Below are positions 51,213 to 64,000 of a stretch of 64,000 bases of DNA, piece by piece. A program made the translations under genes and the position numbers. Within the stretch, counting starts at the first letter, position 1, and every line of letters starts with the position of its first letter. The notes under the pieces are model-generated. The model saw only the letters and a list, made by a program, of their open reading frames with translations. It was not told the origin of the DNA and ran no database searches. The stretch lies in the NCBI GenBank assembly GCA_951406725.2, contig OX597815.1:194804001-194868000 (forward strand), in the 5' to 3' direction. Source of the stretch: Octopus vulgaris (Eukaryota).

Positions 51213-52439
51213 GAATAAACACTTTGTCTTTTGTTATTAACGTTGAAGCAGTCGAACATGGCGCGGTGTTTTTGAGAAGGAGAATGAAGCAAAATACAGA
51301 ACATATATCCAAACATTTTTGAAAGTATCACATTGGGACGTGTTTCATGGTATGCTACTGCCTAACAATTTATATTAAGAACTAATTAGTTCTGAGTTGT
51401 GAAATTCATTATATCTGAATGATGTCATTAAATAAGGTTGGAGGTTATCTGAAGCTGAAATATTTGCTCTGACATTGGAAAAAAACTGATGAACAATTTC
51501 CAACCCGGTGAAGAAGAATCTTGGTGCTTTTCCTCTCTCATTCTTGTAACCGGAGCACAGTAACTTAGAATAATTGGACTCCGATTCTTTTGGCCAAAGT
51601 GCGTGAAAGAGCTAAATAGTCAGAACAGTTCCCAATAATCAGAGATGTTCATTTTGCTGGAATTATTAAGCTATGTTAGTAATTCGATTTCAAGTTATAA
51701 TTCCTGTTGTGCCTGGGGTGAGTCATTTTCTTTTTGTGCCTCATAGTTTAACACACTCACCAGTAAAATTTCCACTTATTCCTTATATTTATTCCTTATA
51801 TTTGCCTAAAATTTTCGTTGCGTCTTGCAACATTTTCAATAGTCTTGACTATAAGTTATTAACGCTGTTTTAGTTTCGATTTGTCCCAATAAGTTGTGGC
51901 TTAATAGACATATCTGATTTTGAATGGATGTGTCATTGAAACGTTGTATATTCATAGGTCCTTAGTGCATTTTATTTGTTGGCCATAACTATTCGTTTCT
52001 GAATATATTTGTGATATATAGCAATGTTTGTAGTTATAGTGTATCTTTGTTGATTAGTTTAATTATCTTAATTATATTTTCTTATATTATTCTACATAGG
52101 TGTTATTTAATTATTGATTGAACTGTTGATTCACTTCAGTAGTTATTGATTTTGTAATTCATTTCCAAGATATATTTTTTTGTTTTTGTATTACAGTTAA
52201 ATTGAGTTGGTTAAGTTTGTAATTATCACCTGGGTGCATTGTAATAGATTTACAAATTCCCATTCAGCGTTAGATTGTATGTTTCTAACGCGTTTTGGCA
52301 GCGACAGAATTAGTGCTCTTATAGATGTGGAAATCACGTTTATAGCCGTTAGGCAGAGGAGGAGAGAACATTGGTTTGTTAACTTTACTACTTAGTTGGA
52401 TATATTTCTTAGGTTATCATATCGAGTATAGAGGTACAT

Positions 52440-52779
52440 GTATGTAAGTGTTTGAATATGTGCACTATGTGCTTTCATGCATGTACATGTATACATACAT
52501 GTATACACATATTTATATACCCGTATATATGTATATGTGTATCTACATGTATACATACATACATATATATATATATATCAAACACACATACATATATTGT
52601 CTATGTGTGTGTTTATATGTGAGTGTATACAAGCATCATGAATGCTTGTATACGTATATATGTATATATATGTATGTATACGTATGTCAAACACACACAC
52701 ACACACACACAAATGCACGTGCGTGTGTGTTTGTATATGCGTGTACGTATGTTGTATGTGTCTATGAATGCTTGTATGC

Positions 52780-52821
<42 letters not shown>

Positions 52822-52997
52822 ACATATATATACACACACATATGTATATATATATTTATATATATATATATCCACATACATATACACACACATGTATATA
52901 TATACACATATATATACACATACATGTATATATATATATACACGCGCACACACACACATATATATATATGTTTGTACGTGAGCATGTATGTATATAT
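52440..52997. repeat. Compound (TA)/(CA)/(TG) microsatellite
   Basis: Direct reading. Confidence 0.93.
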
Positions 52998-53228
52998 ATT
53001 TCTTTACTACCCACAAGGGGCTAAATATAGAGGGGACAAACAAGGACAGACAAATGGATTAAGTCGATTGCATCGACCCCAGTGCGAAACTGGTACTTTA
53101 TTTATCTACCCCGAAAGGATGAAAGGCAAAGTCTACCTCGGCGGAATTTGAACTCAGAACATAACGTCAGACGAAATACCGCTAAGCATTTCGCCCGGGG
53201 CGCTAACGTTTCTGCCAGCTCGCCGCCT
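52998..53228 (-). mobile_element. SINE family A monomer
   Basis: Full head, core and long tail. Confidence 0.92.
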
Positions 53229-53487
53229 TGTATGTATATAAGCGTATATGTACATGTTTGTGCATATTATATATATATATATGCTTGTATGTATGCATAT
53301 GTAAAAAGCAGTATGGTATATGAAAAAAAAAAAGCTTAGATTATAGAATCAGTTTCGAACATATTGTTAAGCGCTTCTACACTCCTTCCTGTTTGTTCAA
53401 ACACCTCCTTCTGTTCTTCGTATCTTTTTGTTCGTTTGCTCTTTTTGCCTATGTATTGTTTTTAATCGTTCTATTCAACTTGCTCAT

Positions 53488-53516
53488 CTACTACTACTAC
53501 TACAACCACTACTACA

Positions 53517-53551
<35 letters not shown>

Positions 53552-54246
53552 AACTACTACTACTACTACTATCACCACCACCACCACTACTACTAATTCT
53601 ACTACTTCGTCTTCTTTTCTTTTCTCAATACTCATGTCGTTTCAAACATTTTTGCTTCTCTTATTTCTTTCATTCTTTTCCACTAAATCATTCATACGAT
53701 GCAGAATGAAATCCAGTTACAACATTCTATCTTCTTTCGTTTATGCTTTCATTTCCACTACCTTTTTCTCTATGTCTTTCTGTTATTCAAAGTCTTTCAT
53801 TCATTTTTCATTCTGCCTGCTTCGTATCCTCTTAGACGCTTCGCGTTTCTTATTCCCTTTTTTCTTTTCATTCATTCTTTCTTTTTCTATCTTTGTGCCC
53901 TTCTTTCCCTCTTTCCTTTCATTTTCTTTCGTTCTTTATTTTTCTCTGTCTCTTTCTTTCTTCTTTCTATTTTGGTTTCTTTCTTTCTGGTCACTTCCGT
54001 TTTTCTTTGCCAATATCGTTCTTTACCTTCTTTCTCACTTCACATCTTTTTCTTTCTCCCTTTCACTTTGTTTCGTTCTCCATTTCTCTCTTTCACTCTG
54101 TTTCTTTCTCCGACAATTATCGTCCTTTATTTTCTTTTTCACTTTCGTCTTTTTCTTTCGCCGACAATTCTTGTTCCTTGCTTTCCTTACATTTTATTTT
54201 CTTTCTGATCCCCCCTCTTCTCAATGACTTTGCTACAACTATTTCT

Positions 54247-54290
<44 letters not shown>

Positions 54291-54555
54291 GCTGCTACTA
54301 CTACACCAAGACCATAGCTTTCTATTTTTTTATTCATCCTGCATCAATCATACCCTCAAGAAAAGAAGAAAAAAATAAACACTTCACAGTCAATGTTATG
54401 TAAGTGCAGGACAGACTCCATCAGAAATACGCTGTAATTTTCTTTTATATTTCACATCTTTTATCAGGCCCAAATTTTTGTAATATCCTCTTCCACAACC
54501 CCACCATCATCATAATGATCATCATAATGTTTATCAAGCAGCTTTCGTGGTGACG

Positions 54556-54590
<35 letters not shown>

Positions 54591-55410
54591 GTTATTATTA
54601 TCGTTATTATTATTATCATTATTATTATTATCATTAAAATTATTATCATTATTATTTATCATCATTTATTATCATTATTATTATTATTGTTATTATTATC
54701 GTTATTATTATTATCATTATTATTATTACCATTAATATTATTATCATTATTATTTATCATCATTTATTATCATTATTATTATTATTATTATTTATTATCA
54801 TTATTATTATTATCATTATTATTATTATCATTAATATTATTATCATTATTATTTATCATCATTTATTATCATTATTATTATTATTGTTATTATTATCGTT
54901 ATTATTATTATCATTATTATTATTACCATTAATATTATTATCATTATTATTTATCATCATTTATTATTATTATCATTAGTATTATTATCATTATTATTTA
55001 TTATCATTCTTCTTATTAGTATTCATTATCATTAATATTATTATCATTCTTCTTAGCATTTATTATCATTATTATTTATTATCATTATTATTATTATTAT
55101 TTATTATCCCTATTATTATTTATTATTATTATTATCATTATTAGTAGTAGTTGTAGTAGTAGTAGTTGTAGTAGTAGTAGTAGTAGTAGTAGTAGAAGTA
55201 AAGGGGGACAGCAGACAGAACAGTAGTATCAAACAGTGGTAATGAGAAACACTGCAGCAAAAGCAGCTGCAACTTCGGCATCAATAGCAACACGAATATT
55301 TGCAGCACTGACAGCAGCTGCAGCAAACTCGAAATTTGCAGCAACAAGAGCAACCGCAATAGCTGCGGCAGCAGAGGTAGCAGCAGAGGCAGCAGCAGCA
55401 GTAGCTGCAG
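53488..55410. repeat. Low-complexity block: (CTA)n, pyrimidine tract, (ATT/ATC)n, (GTA)n, (GCA)n
   Basis: Direct reading. Confidence 0.93.
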
Positions 55411-55547
55411 TCTGGTTTTATCGCTAACTCGAGTCTGCTTTGCATTTTAAATAACAACTTCTTGCACTAATTTCTCCGTGAATGACCCTGGTAGGAAGAA
55501 GCTTGTATACACACAGATGAACAAATAGTGAACACACAGACTTGCGC

Positions 55548-55583
<36 letters not shown>

Positions 55584-55775
55584 ACACGTGTATGTTTAAG
55601 TAAATGCATATACACATACACACGGGAACGGGTGCAGGAATCCGCAAGTGCATACAAATGGACATTGACAGAAATATATAAATAAATAAGTATATGAATA
55701 TATATATATGTACGTGTGTTTGTGTGTGTATGTATATATATATAAATATATATATATATGTGTGTGTGTGTGTGC

Positions 55776-55807
<32 letters not shown>

Positions 55808-55813
55808 ATTTGC

Positions 55814-55859
<46 letters not shown>

Positions 55860-55980
55860 ATATATATATATATATAGGGCCTGCTCGCTTAGCCAGCGTG
55901 GTGGCGTCATTTGAAGGCTAAAACAATGCGAAGCGCATTGTGACCAGCGATATGTAGCAACATCTGATCGCCTGATTGGT

Positions 55981-56023
<43 letters not shown>

Positions 56024-56156
56024 GTGTATGTGTAATTATTCACGCGCTTACGTGTCTATGCATTCACATAAATTTACATACACGTTTGCAAGATTATATA
56101 AGAGTTTTCTTGCTTGAGAATGAATGATATGAACCTCAAGCGACGTATATATCTAC

Positions 56157-56216
<60 letters not shown>

Positions 56217-56862
56217 ATATCTACCTATCTATCTATCTATCTATATATATATATATATATATATATTATACTTATGTAATGTGCACCGCAAGCACTTCTT
56301 TTATTAAGGCGCAGCAGCGTTGCAGTTGATAATGCACGCACATGCCACATGCACAAAGGAACAAGCACGTAACATCTAATATGTATATCAACATGCATAT
56401 CTGCGCATATCGCTGTCTGTGTACTTCCTCCATCTATCACAAAGTCACTCACACTCACTCGCATATAATATGCACAGTACAAATATTTACTCGCATGCAT
56501 GTATGCATGCACGAACACCATTCTTATAAGCTCACAATGTACACACTGCCCACGCATGCGTGATTACACATGCGTGCACGCACTTACATGCATGTATGCA
56601 TATGCATTCAGACATTTCGTGCACCTATTGGAAGTTCAACAATTGCAGACAATGACAAGCAGTAATGCGCCAGTTCATCAGGTCCCAAACGAATGCCATC
56701 ATATATGTTTGTGTGTGCGACATTCTGTCTGCACCTTTTTGGTTAGTGTCTCTGTTTTCTGCGTAGATATAAAGACGGATATAAGTCCCACAAGCTTACG
56801 TATGGATAATTGCAAGTACATTATGTACAGAAGTTACTTTTTAATAACTCTCGTATACATAT

Positions 56863-57260
56863 AGGCGCAGGAGTGGCTGTGTGGTAAGTAGCTTGTTTAC
56901 CAACTACATGGTTCTGACTTCAGTCCCACTGCGTGGCACCTTGGGCAAGTGTCTTCTACTATAGCCTCGGACCGACCAAAGCCTTGTGAGTGGATTTGGT
57001 AGACGGAAACTGAAAGAAGCCCGTCGTGTATATGTATGTGTGTGTATATGTTTGTGTGTCTGTTTGTCCCCCTAGCATTGCTTGACAACCGATGCTGGTG
57101 TATTTATGTCCCCGTTACTTAGCGGTTTGGCAAAATAGACCGATAGAATAAGCACTGGGCTTACAAAAGAATAAGTCCCGGGGTCGAGTTGATCGATTAA
57201 AGGCGGTGCTCCAGCATGGCCGCAGTCAAATGACTGAAACAAGTAAAAGAGAGTAAAGAG
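56863..57260 (+). mobile_element. Full-length SINE family B (CORE-like)
   Basis: aggcgcaggagtggctgtgtggtaag head, core, internal microsatellite, LINE-like tail. Confidence 0.93.
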
Positions 57261-57537
57261 TATATGAAGAAAACCAATATATTATATATATATGTGTGTG
57301 TGTGCACTCGCTGGTGCTTACTAGCTCAGAGAGAAGACATTTCTTCCAAAGATTAATGTAAACGTAAACTATTTAGTTGTATATATGTATAATCGCTAAC
57401 ACACCTACAGTAATACACGCGAGTAGACTAGCAACCACATGAAATAAATACACACAAAACTGAACGTTGTCAATTTTTCTGTCTACTTGACACACTCTCT
57501 CTGTCTGTTTGTCTGTCTGTCTCTGTCTGTCTGTCTG

Positions 57538-57612
<75 letters not shown>

Positions 57613-57641
57613 CATATACATATATACATATACATATATAC

Positions 57642-57674
<33 letters not shown>

Positions 57675-57840
57675 GTGTGCGTAATTTCTTCTCACTTTCA
57701 CTCTGTTTATTGTCTCTTATTCCTTTCTGTTGACGAGCGTAGGTTCGAAACCTAAAAGCCTTTCTCGTTTTACCCGAGCGACGAACTAATACGTTTGCTT
57801 GTTTTTCATACACCTGTCGTCGTCTTTTGTTTTTCTATAG

Positions 57841-57845
<5 letters not shown>
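57675..57845 (+). mobile_element. Hammerhead-variant element copy (motif at 57723-57758)
   Basis: CUUU-CUGUUGA-C-GAGC[GUAG]GUUC-GAA-ACCU-A-AAAG. Confidence 0.7.
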
Positions 57846-57887
<42 letters not shown>

Positions 57888-57890
57888 GCC

Positions 57891-57932
<42 letters not shown>

Positions 57933-57935
<3 letters not shown>

Positions 57936-58112
57936 AGAGTTTACGAAAAAAACAAAAGTCGGAAACAGGTGGTGTACAAAACAAATAAATGTATTAGTAT
58001 AACGCTCAGGAATAGAAGAAAATCTTTTACGTTTCGAGCCTACGCTCTTCTACAGAAAGGGACACAGAAAAATCAAGGAGAGAAAAAATGTGTGTAGTGG
58101 CTAACGACCATA
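57933..58112 (-). mobile_element. Hammerhead-variant element copy (motif at 58024-58059)
   Basis: CUUU-CUGUAGA-A-GAGC[GUAG]GCUC-GAA-ACGU-A-AAAG. Confidence 0.72.
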
Positions 58113-59424
58113 CACAAATAATTACAAAGATTAGATAACCGTAGGGTTAGAATGAAGCCACTTCTATTTTTTTTTTTTTGCATCTCTACCCAAGAAGAAT
58201 ATAGTGATCACACAAATGAGCAGTTTCACTGTTTGTTGATCGTTCTGCACAGCCGACTGCCTATATAGCAAAATTCTTTCTCCGAACGATAGTACAAGTT
58301 ATAAAAACGCTATGTAAAAAAGGCATTAATTCGGCTTGCACCATAGTAGGTAGCTTAATTTCCATATTTAATGTTCCACGATTTTGGGGGTTAGATAAAC
58401 TTGTATTTTATGAACAATAAAGCGTGAACCTTTAATGAAGCAATCTTACATTTTACGAAAGTTAGCTTGCTTTATTTTAATTATCTTGATTCACAAAGTC
58501 ACCTGGTCCATACAGTACTTCTCTAATTTGGAAGAAACATATTTCCCGGACTTATCTAAGACAAGAGTAACATCTGAAGCGTTACTCACTAATAAATTTC
58601 AAAACTTCAAAAATCTGATAATTGTCAGATATACCGACTCACTGTTGTATGAAACTGTTGGTAACCTGAATGATTTTCAAAAACACGCGCAAAATCATAC
58701 ACGCATGCGCATTCTATAGTATTCACTGTACTGCATTATATAGAGAATATATATTGCACGCAGATTTCGAACATTATATAGAGCAAAAATTACTAGCTTA
58801 TCGAGAATTCAATTTTGTATCCTTCCTAGGAATGAATTTCTCGATGTATTTCATAAATATTCTAGGTATAGTATACTACTATCAGTGTAGTATTATATGA
58901 ATACATAGAGCCTTGCCAGAATCCTGTAAAGTGATTAAATCTCTTCATCTCTCTCTCTTTCTCTCACTTGTATATACGTATATATGGAGAGGAGAACAGC
59001 TCATCCGTGATTGTTGTCAAACTGAATAAAATAAACGTCGACCTACTTCCTTTCTGATATACTTATAGCGATAAATTTATGAGATATCACATTTAAGAGA
59101 AATATCATAAAACTTTAGGTATCACAGATATTTTCGCAGTTTTACTTTGCAGTTTTTTGAAAGAACAAAGATGAAGTGTTTTGAGCTATCGATAAAAATC
59201 ATTCTAAAAAATCTGTATATGAATGTATTTCTAGACGGATGTTTTCCAGAGGGTTCAAAACGTTAATGTTGTATATCGTACCCCTAATCTAGATTAGTTA
59301 AAATTATACTCTGCGAAGCCCAAAGACTTTTTTATGAAATAAAATCAGTGAAAAAAATGTACTCCATCTGGTAAGAGATAAATATTATTTTTATAATAAT
59401 AATTATAATAATAATAATAATAAT

Positions 59425-59473
<49 letters not shown>

Positions 59474-59850
59474 TACTGCAAATTTACGGTGAATACTTGG
59501 TAAGTGTAAGCACCTGTATGTGCCAGCTAGTGGCAGAGGTGAGAGGATATATAACACAAAATGGGACGAGAACGCAAAACATCCGGACAACTAGGTGATA
59601 CAAGAAGGGACAACAAATCATCCAGATAGACAATACAAACACAACAAGGACGCGTCATTCGAAGCTTTCTATCCTCAGTCAAGAATCGGATCATCCTCAC
59701 AATTTCGGCTGATTAATCTTGAGATTGCTCCAATCTGGCCAGCCCCAAGAAAATAAATAAGCTAAGAGCATTAGATTCCTTGGAAGAAAGCATCGAATGT
59801 ATACGGAAAAACAGATGATGTTACACGAATATATATATATATAAAGTAAA

Positions 59851-59892
<42 letters not shown>

Positions 59893-60379
59893 GGACATAA
59901 CAACAGGCGTCTTTCGAATGGGGATGAATTGTATTCAGCTGGCGTGTGTGGAAATGAAGCCAATTCGTCCGAGATACGAAACTTTTAAAAGCACATGGAA
60001 TAATATCGTTGTGACAGTGACCACAGTCAGACGCAAAATGAGGGTTAGCAGTCTGGCCTGTCGGTCACGTGAGAAGAGAAGAGAGAGAAAAAAAGTAACA
60101 AAAGAATTAAGGAGGGGAAAGAGAAGAGAGAGTGTTGTAGAAGCAGATAAACAGAAGAATTAAGGAGGGGCGAGAAAATATGACAGGGACATAGTGAAGT
60201 GAAAAGTGAGTACATATCACATTAATGTAACTTTAATGTTTATTTAGTATTAACTGAAACAGCTGTAAGTGAAGATGACCAATTTGCTGTTAATAATAAA
60301 CGATTATTAACTTCCCTCTTTTCGTCTTTTAACTCTCTCTCTCTCTCTCTTTATATATATATATATAAGGATTACCTGT

Positions 60380-61430
60380 TCCTGACATGTGACACCTATT
60401 TCTACAAGACAGAAGTTTCGAAGGATGCATAGTGAAACTGTCCAAGAACGATATCATATGGAGTTAAGCATGTAAATTTCATGATAATACATAATATAAA
60501 AACATGTAACTTTCATGATAATACATAATATAAAAACTATATCATATATAAGGCAGACGTTACTGCAATAATACAACAAATAAATAATAATACAACAGAT
60601 GACCAATACTGGATTATGTGAAGCAGAATTTTAAAAACACCACGTGTGATTTAGTTGAGAATATTTGAGAAATCCTTACCTTGGTGCTATGTCTATTCGT
60701 CCGACGTCATTTCGTGAAACATCTTTTCGTCCACGTCTTTTGGTCCGATGATCTTTTTGTCTAACGAAAAATCCTATCAGTAAAATTCTCAATGATTACT
60801 TGATTTTGGTGTTCACCTTGTCTACTAAAAGGTTTATTTAAAATTGGATAAAAAGTCGTTGGCCAAAAAAAAAAAAAATCATTGGAGTAAAAGGGGTCGG
60901 ACCTAAAGACGTGAACGAAGTGACGTTGGACAAAGTGACATCGGACCAAAAGTTGTGTCACACTATACTTTACGTTAATGGATCGAATAAATGTAGGCTT
61001 TGTTTAGCTGAAAGAATGCAGATCATGTTCAGATCTAAAATTCAAATCACTCCACTGAAATCTAAGTCTGAAATTTTCAGCAATTGCAAGCCAAGCGTAA
61101 GAATAAATATATTTTGAAGAATTGGAAAATTATGCCTATTCCTGATTAACTTGTTTATATCTTTCCACAGGAAGTTAACTCTTTTGCCTTTTTACTTTTT
61201 AAATATTAGTTTTTGTGTTTTCGATTTTCGTTTTTTTTAACCGTCTGCATTTTCTATATGCTTCCTTCTCAGGTTTATTTCGCGTATCTTCTCTTATTCA
61301 ATATTTTGTAGTTCGTTATGATATGTGACCTGTACCTGACGATGTGTTTGAGATATGAAACTATTACTTGCACTTTAAGACTGTATTACATTCTTTAAAT
61401 AAATAATATTTTTCTCGCACCAAATACTTT
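60380..61430 (+). mobile_element. Penelope-like element 3' end: GIY-YIG relic and UTR with a decayed canonical hammerhead (61331-61372)
   Basis: NYIIYKADVT, TGLCEAEF, NGSNKCRLCLAERMQI..LKSKSEIFSNCK match the PLE endonuclease C-terminus; downstream CTGACGA-T-GTGT[TTGAG]ATAT-GAAA followed by aataaa. Confidence 0.82.
60683..60962. mobile_element. Non-autonomous DNA element with long imperfect TIRs built of ~15-bp units, nested in the PLE
   Basis: Left ttcgtccgacgtcatttcg..cgtcttttggtccga matches the reverse complement of the right end, ttggtccgatgtcactttg..cgtctttaggtccga. Confidence 0.7.
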
Positions 61431-62039
61431 TTTGCTCAATTTTCTAGCACGGAACAGTACATTATGCATGTAGGTATGTGTACAGACACACACACAGATT
61501 TACCATGCATTACACTTTGACGATACAAGCTTCAGCCGTAGATGCAACAGTTCAAATTGTGGACAATAATAGAAGAATTACGTGGAGAATAATGCCGCTA
61601 GTATACTCAACTTTCTACAGAAACCGAATACTTTCCTTTTTATACCCGTGGAGAATGTCCATTTAAAGCCCAGCTTACACTTGTAGGTAATTCAGCAATA
61701 AACAAACATCCGTAAAACCCATACACACACCTAGACACAAACATGCATAAAATAATAACATTTACCGTAAATACGAGGGAAAGAAATAACTGAACCAAGT
61801 TACATGCACGGCAATCAACTATCATAATATATGAAAGTGCATGTATTTTTGCTTGAAAGTATAAACCGAATTCCCCTATGAAGACCGTAGGAATTCGTCA
61901 TACCATCATATGAGCAGTTAGGTTACTTTTCCTGATACAGTCATAAATCCTGAAAATGTACTTTTCAAGCACTGTAGGAAGCGCTAGAAAAATAATAATG
62001 ACATCAATTAAGCATATTATTATTGAATTAGAAAAAAAA

Positions 62040-62268
62040 AAAACCCCCAAAATCCAAAAACACTTCTCGTGCGCCGTTGTAAAAATTTTGGTATTTTAAG
62101 ATGCTCGGTTTGAAATCTTATCTACATGTAACATTTTTGATTTGAATCAACATTCCCAGATAACTGGAAATTTTCGCCGCATCTCTAAGATAATTTATAG
62201 CTATTGTGAATTCACGTGATTAGCTATTTATAAACCCGGACAAGGCCGGGTAGCTGCTGCTGAGAAGT
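62040..62268 (+). mobile_element. Possible Helitron-type 3' end
   Basis: Hairpin acccgg-acaagg-ccgggt about 12 nt before a degenerate terminus. Confidence 0.35.
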
Positions 62269-62341
62269 ATATATGCACGTGATTACAAAGAAAACAAGTA
62301 GCAAAACAATGCAACGTGCATATATTTATATGCATGCATTG

Positions 62342-62388
<47 letters not shown>

Positions 62389-63133
62389 TATATCAGTGCT
62401 TGCTTGCAAATATTATTGTATAGATACACGCACACACAGACAGCAAAGTTGAGCTGGACAGGTACTCACACATCAACTCACTTATATCATAACCCAGCTG
62501 CTGCAATATTTGTTCACATTTACATACACTTATAGAGATAAACGAAGACGTATGTATACATATAAGGCGGTTCTACTGCAAGCCGAGCACACATTAATTA
62601 TTATAAAACGGACGTGTCTTTACACATATACGCATACGTTCGTAAACAGACACGTGCAGTCGTATTCACACGTTCAATAGCCGATGTATATGCATAGCCA
62701 GCATATATGTATACACAGAAATGTGAGCATTCAGACATACAATAAAATTTGTCCACCTTTCTTACCCACACAAGACGAACACGTGCAAACCGCAATCTCA
62801 TACACGAAATGCTCCTCACATCACATACACACGTGTACATAAACTTGTGTTATCTTCCACACACACAGAAATGTATATAGAAACATATGCACAATTATAA
62901 TGACTCATAGACACAAATGATACTCATGTATTTCCTCTTTTTACAGGCACGTGTTCACACAGACGAAGACACATACATACACACACACTCACACACAGAG
63001 GTTTTCAATAGACTTTTTGGAAACAAAATTCTGAAACCCTAGATGTATACGAGTGTAATGTATATATATACTATTAATATATGCCTAGAAACACAGACAC
63101 ATTGTGATATACAATCTTGCACATATACGCGCT

Positions 63134-63346
63134 GAGGGGGTGCTAAAAAGTTCATGGCTTTATGGGTGTCGCATGGCGTGATAGACCTGCTTTGAGGTCC
63201 GTCCTCCCGAGTTCTTTTCACAAGGCTTAGACAATCTGAAGGACCAGTGTGTGAATCTGAGAGGGAAATATATTGAATAAAATCATAATTAAAAAAACTC
63301 TTCTATATTTTCTTTTACACAAAGCCAGAAACTTTTCAGTACCCCT

Positions 63347-63348
<2 letters not shown>
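63134..63348 (+). mobile_element. Internally deleted mariner (MITE)
   Basis: TIRs gagggggtgctaaaaagttcatggcttt / aaagccagaaacttttcagtacccctc; FFSQGLDNL..RGKYIE* transposase end. Confidence 0.82.
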
Positions 63349-63377
<29 letters not shown>

Positions 63378-63381
<4 letters not shown>

Positions 63382-63620
63382 TTTATTTATTCTTTGACTG
63401 TTTTCAGCCAGAGGCTGGGGCCATGCTGGAGCACTGCATTTCAGTGTTTTGTGGTCCCATTTCCGTACAGTTCTTGGTGAAGGAGCGAGCTGGACGAAGA
63501 GTTTCTTCTTCGTGCCTCTTGCGGAGATGTGGGCTTATCTGGGATTTTGTCCAGGTGCCTTTTGAAATTTGTCCAGGTGCCTTTTGAACGTTTTCACATC
63601 AACACCTTGAAGATTTCGTA
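63378..63620 (-). mobile_element. Extreme 3' end of a CR1-group LINE
   Basis: LRNLQGVDVKTFKRHLDKF..PDKP; tail gtgctccagcatggccccagcctctggctgaaa. Confidence 0.85.
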
Positions 63621-63623
63621 GAC

Positions 63624-63668
<45 letters not shown>

Positions 63669-64000
63669 ACACACATACACACACACGCACCCAAGTACGT
63701 GACACACACACACTCGCACGCATGCACATCTGTATACTCTCAAAGTCAACGTCCTGATGACGTGTAGGTTTACATCTATTACTGGATCATATTCATAAAA
63801 TAAAATGAATATTATGTGAAACTCTCAGCAATTAACATCGATGCTAATGCACAGAAGCAATAGCAGTGATTTGAGTTAAAAGGTTTTCATTCCATCTTCT
63901 CAAATTATAATTACACCCCCACAGACATATGTGTGTGTGTGTGTGTGTGTTTCTCAGTTTTTTGCGTATGTGTGTATATGTACATGCTTACATATATGTG

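Noticed and set aside
53634-55427. Phe/Leu-rich membrane-like ORFs and a poly-Ala ORF
   Set aside because: Products of a pyrimidine tract and (ATT)/(GCA) repeats
2053-57813. Dozens of Y/I/M/C/V/H/T-rich ORFs in the ORF track
   Set aside because: They are translations of (TA)n, (CA)n and (CATA)n microsatellites, which lack stop codons
63754-63785. CTGATGA followed by a small stem
   Set aside because: Lacks GAAA and stems I and III

Overview
AT-rich eukaryotic non-coding DNA dominated by microsatellites and transposon debris. The tRNA-derived SINE repertoire points to an octopus/cephalopod genome (inference). No host protein-coding gene could be identified, and almost all ORF-track entries are microsatellite or antisense artefacts. 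Recognisable elements: a young CR1-group LINE running off the left edge (tandem CCCH-finger ORF1, uninterrupted APE-endonuclease ORF2), three CR1-type 3' ends, a stack of three R4/Dong 3' ends chained through (TAA)n plus an older decayed R4, an L1/Tx1-type ORF1, several Penelope-like (PLE) fragments, mariner relics/MITEs, a Helentron-type end and about 30 SINE copies. The most notable signal is a set of short inserts in (TA)n tracts carrying minimal type I hammerhead ribozyme folds with non-canonical catalytic cores: one with a G3-C8 swap, three with A6U that differ among themselves at the tolerant N7 position, and one with U4C. Also notable are SINE concatemers with a recurring junction, head/tail-shuffled SINEs, a covarying LINE/SINE 3' hairpin, and two long DNA palindromes. 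All alignments and folds were made by eye, and boundaries of decayed elements are approximate.
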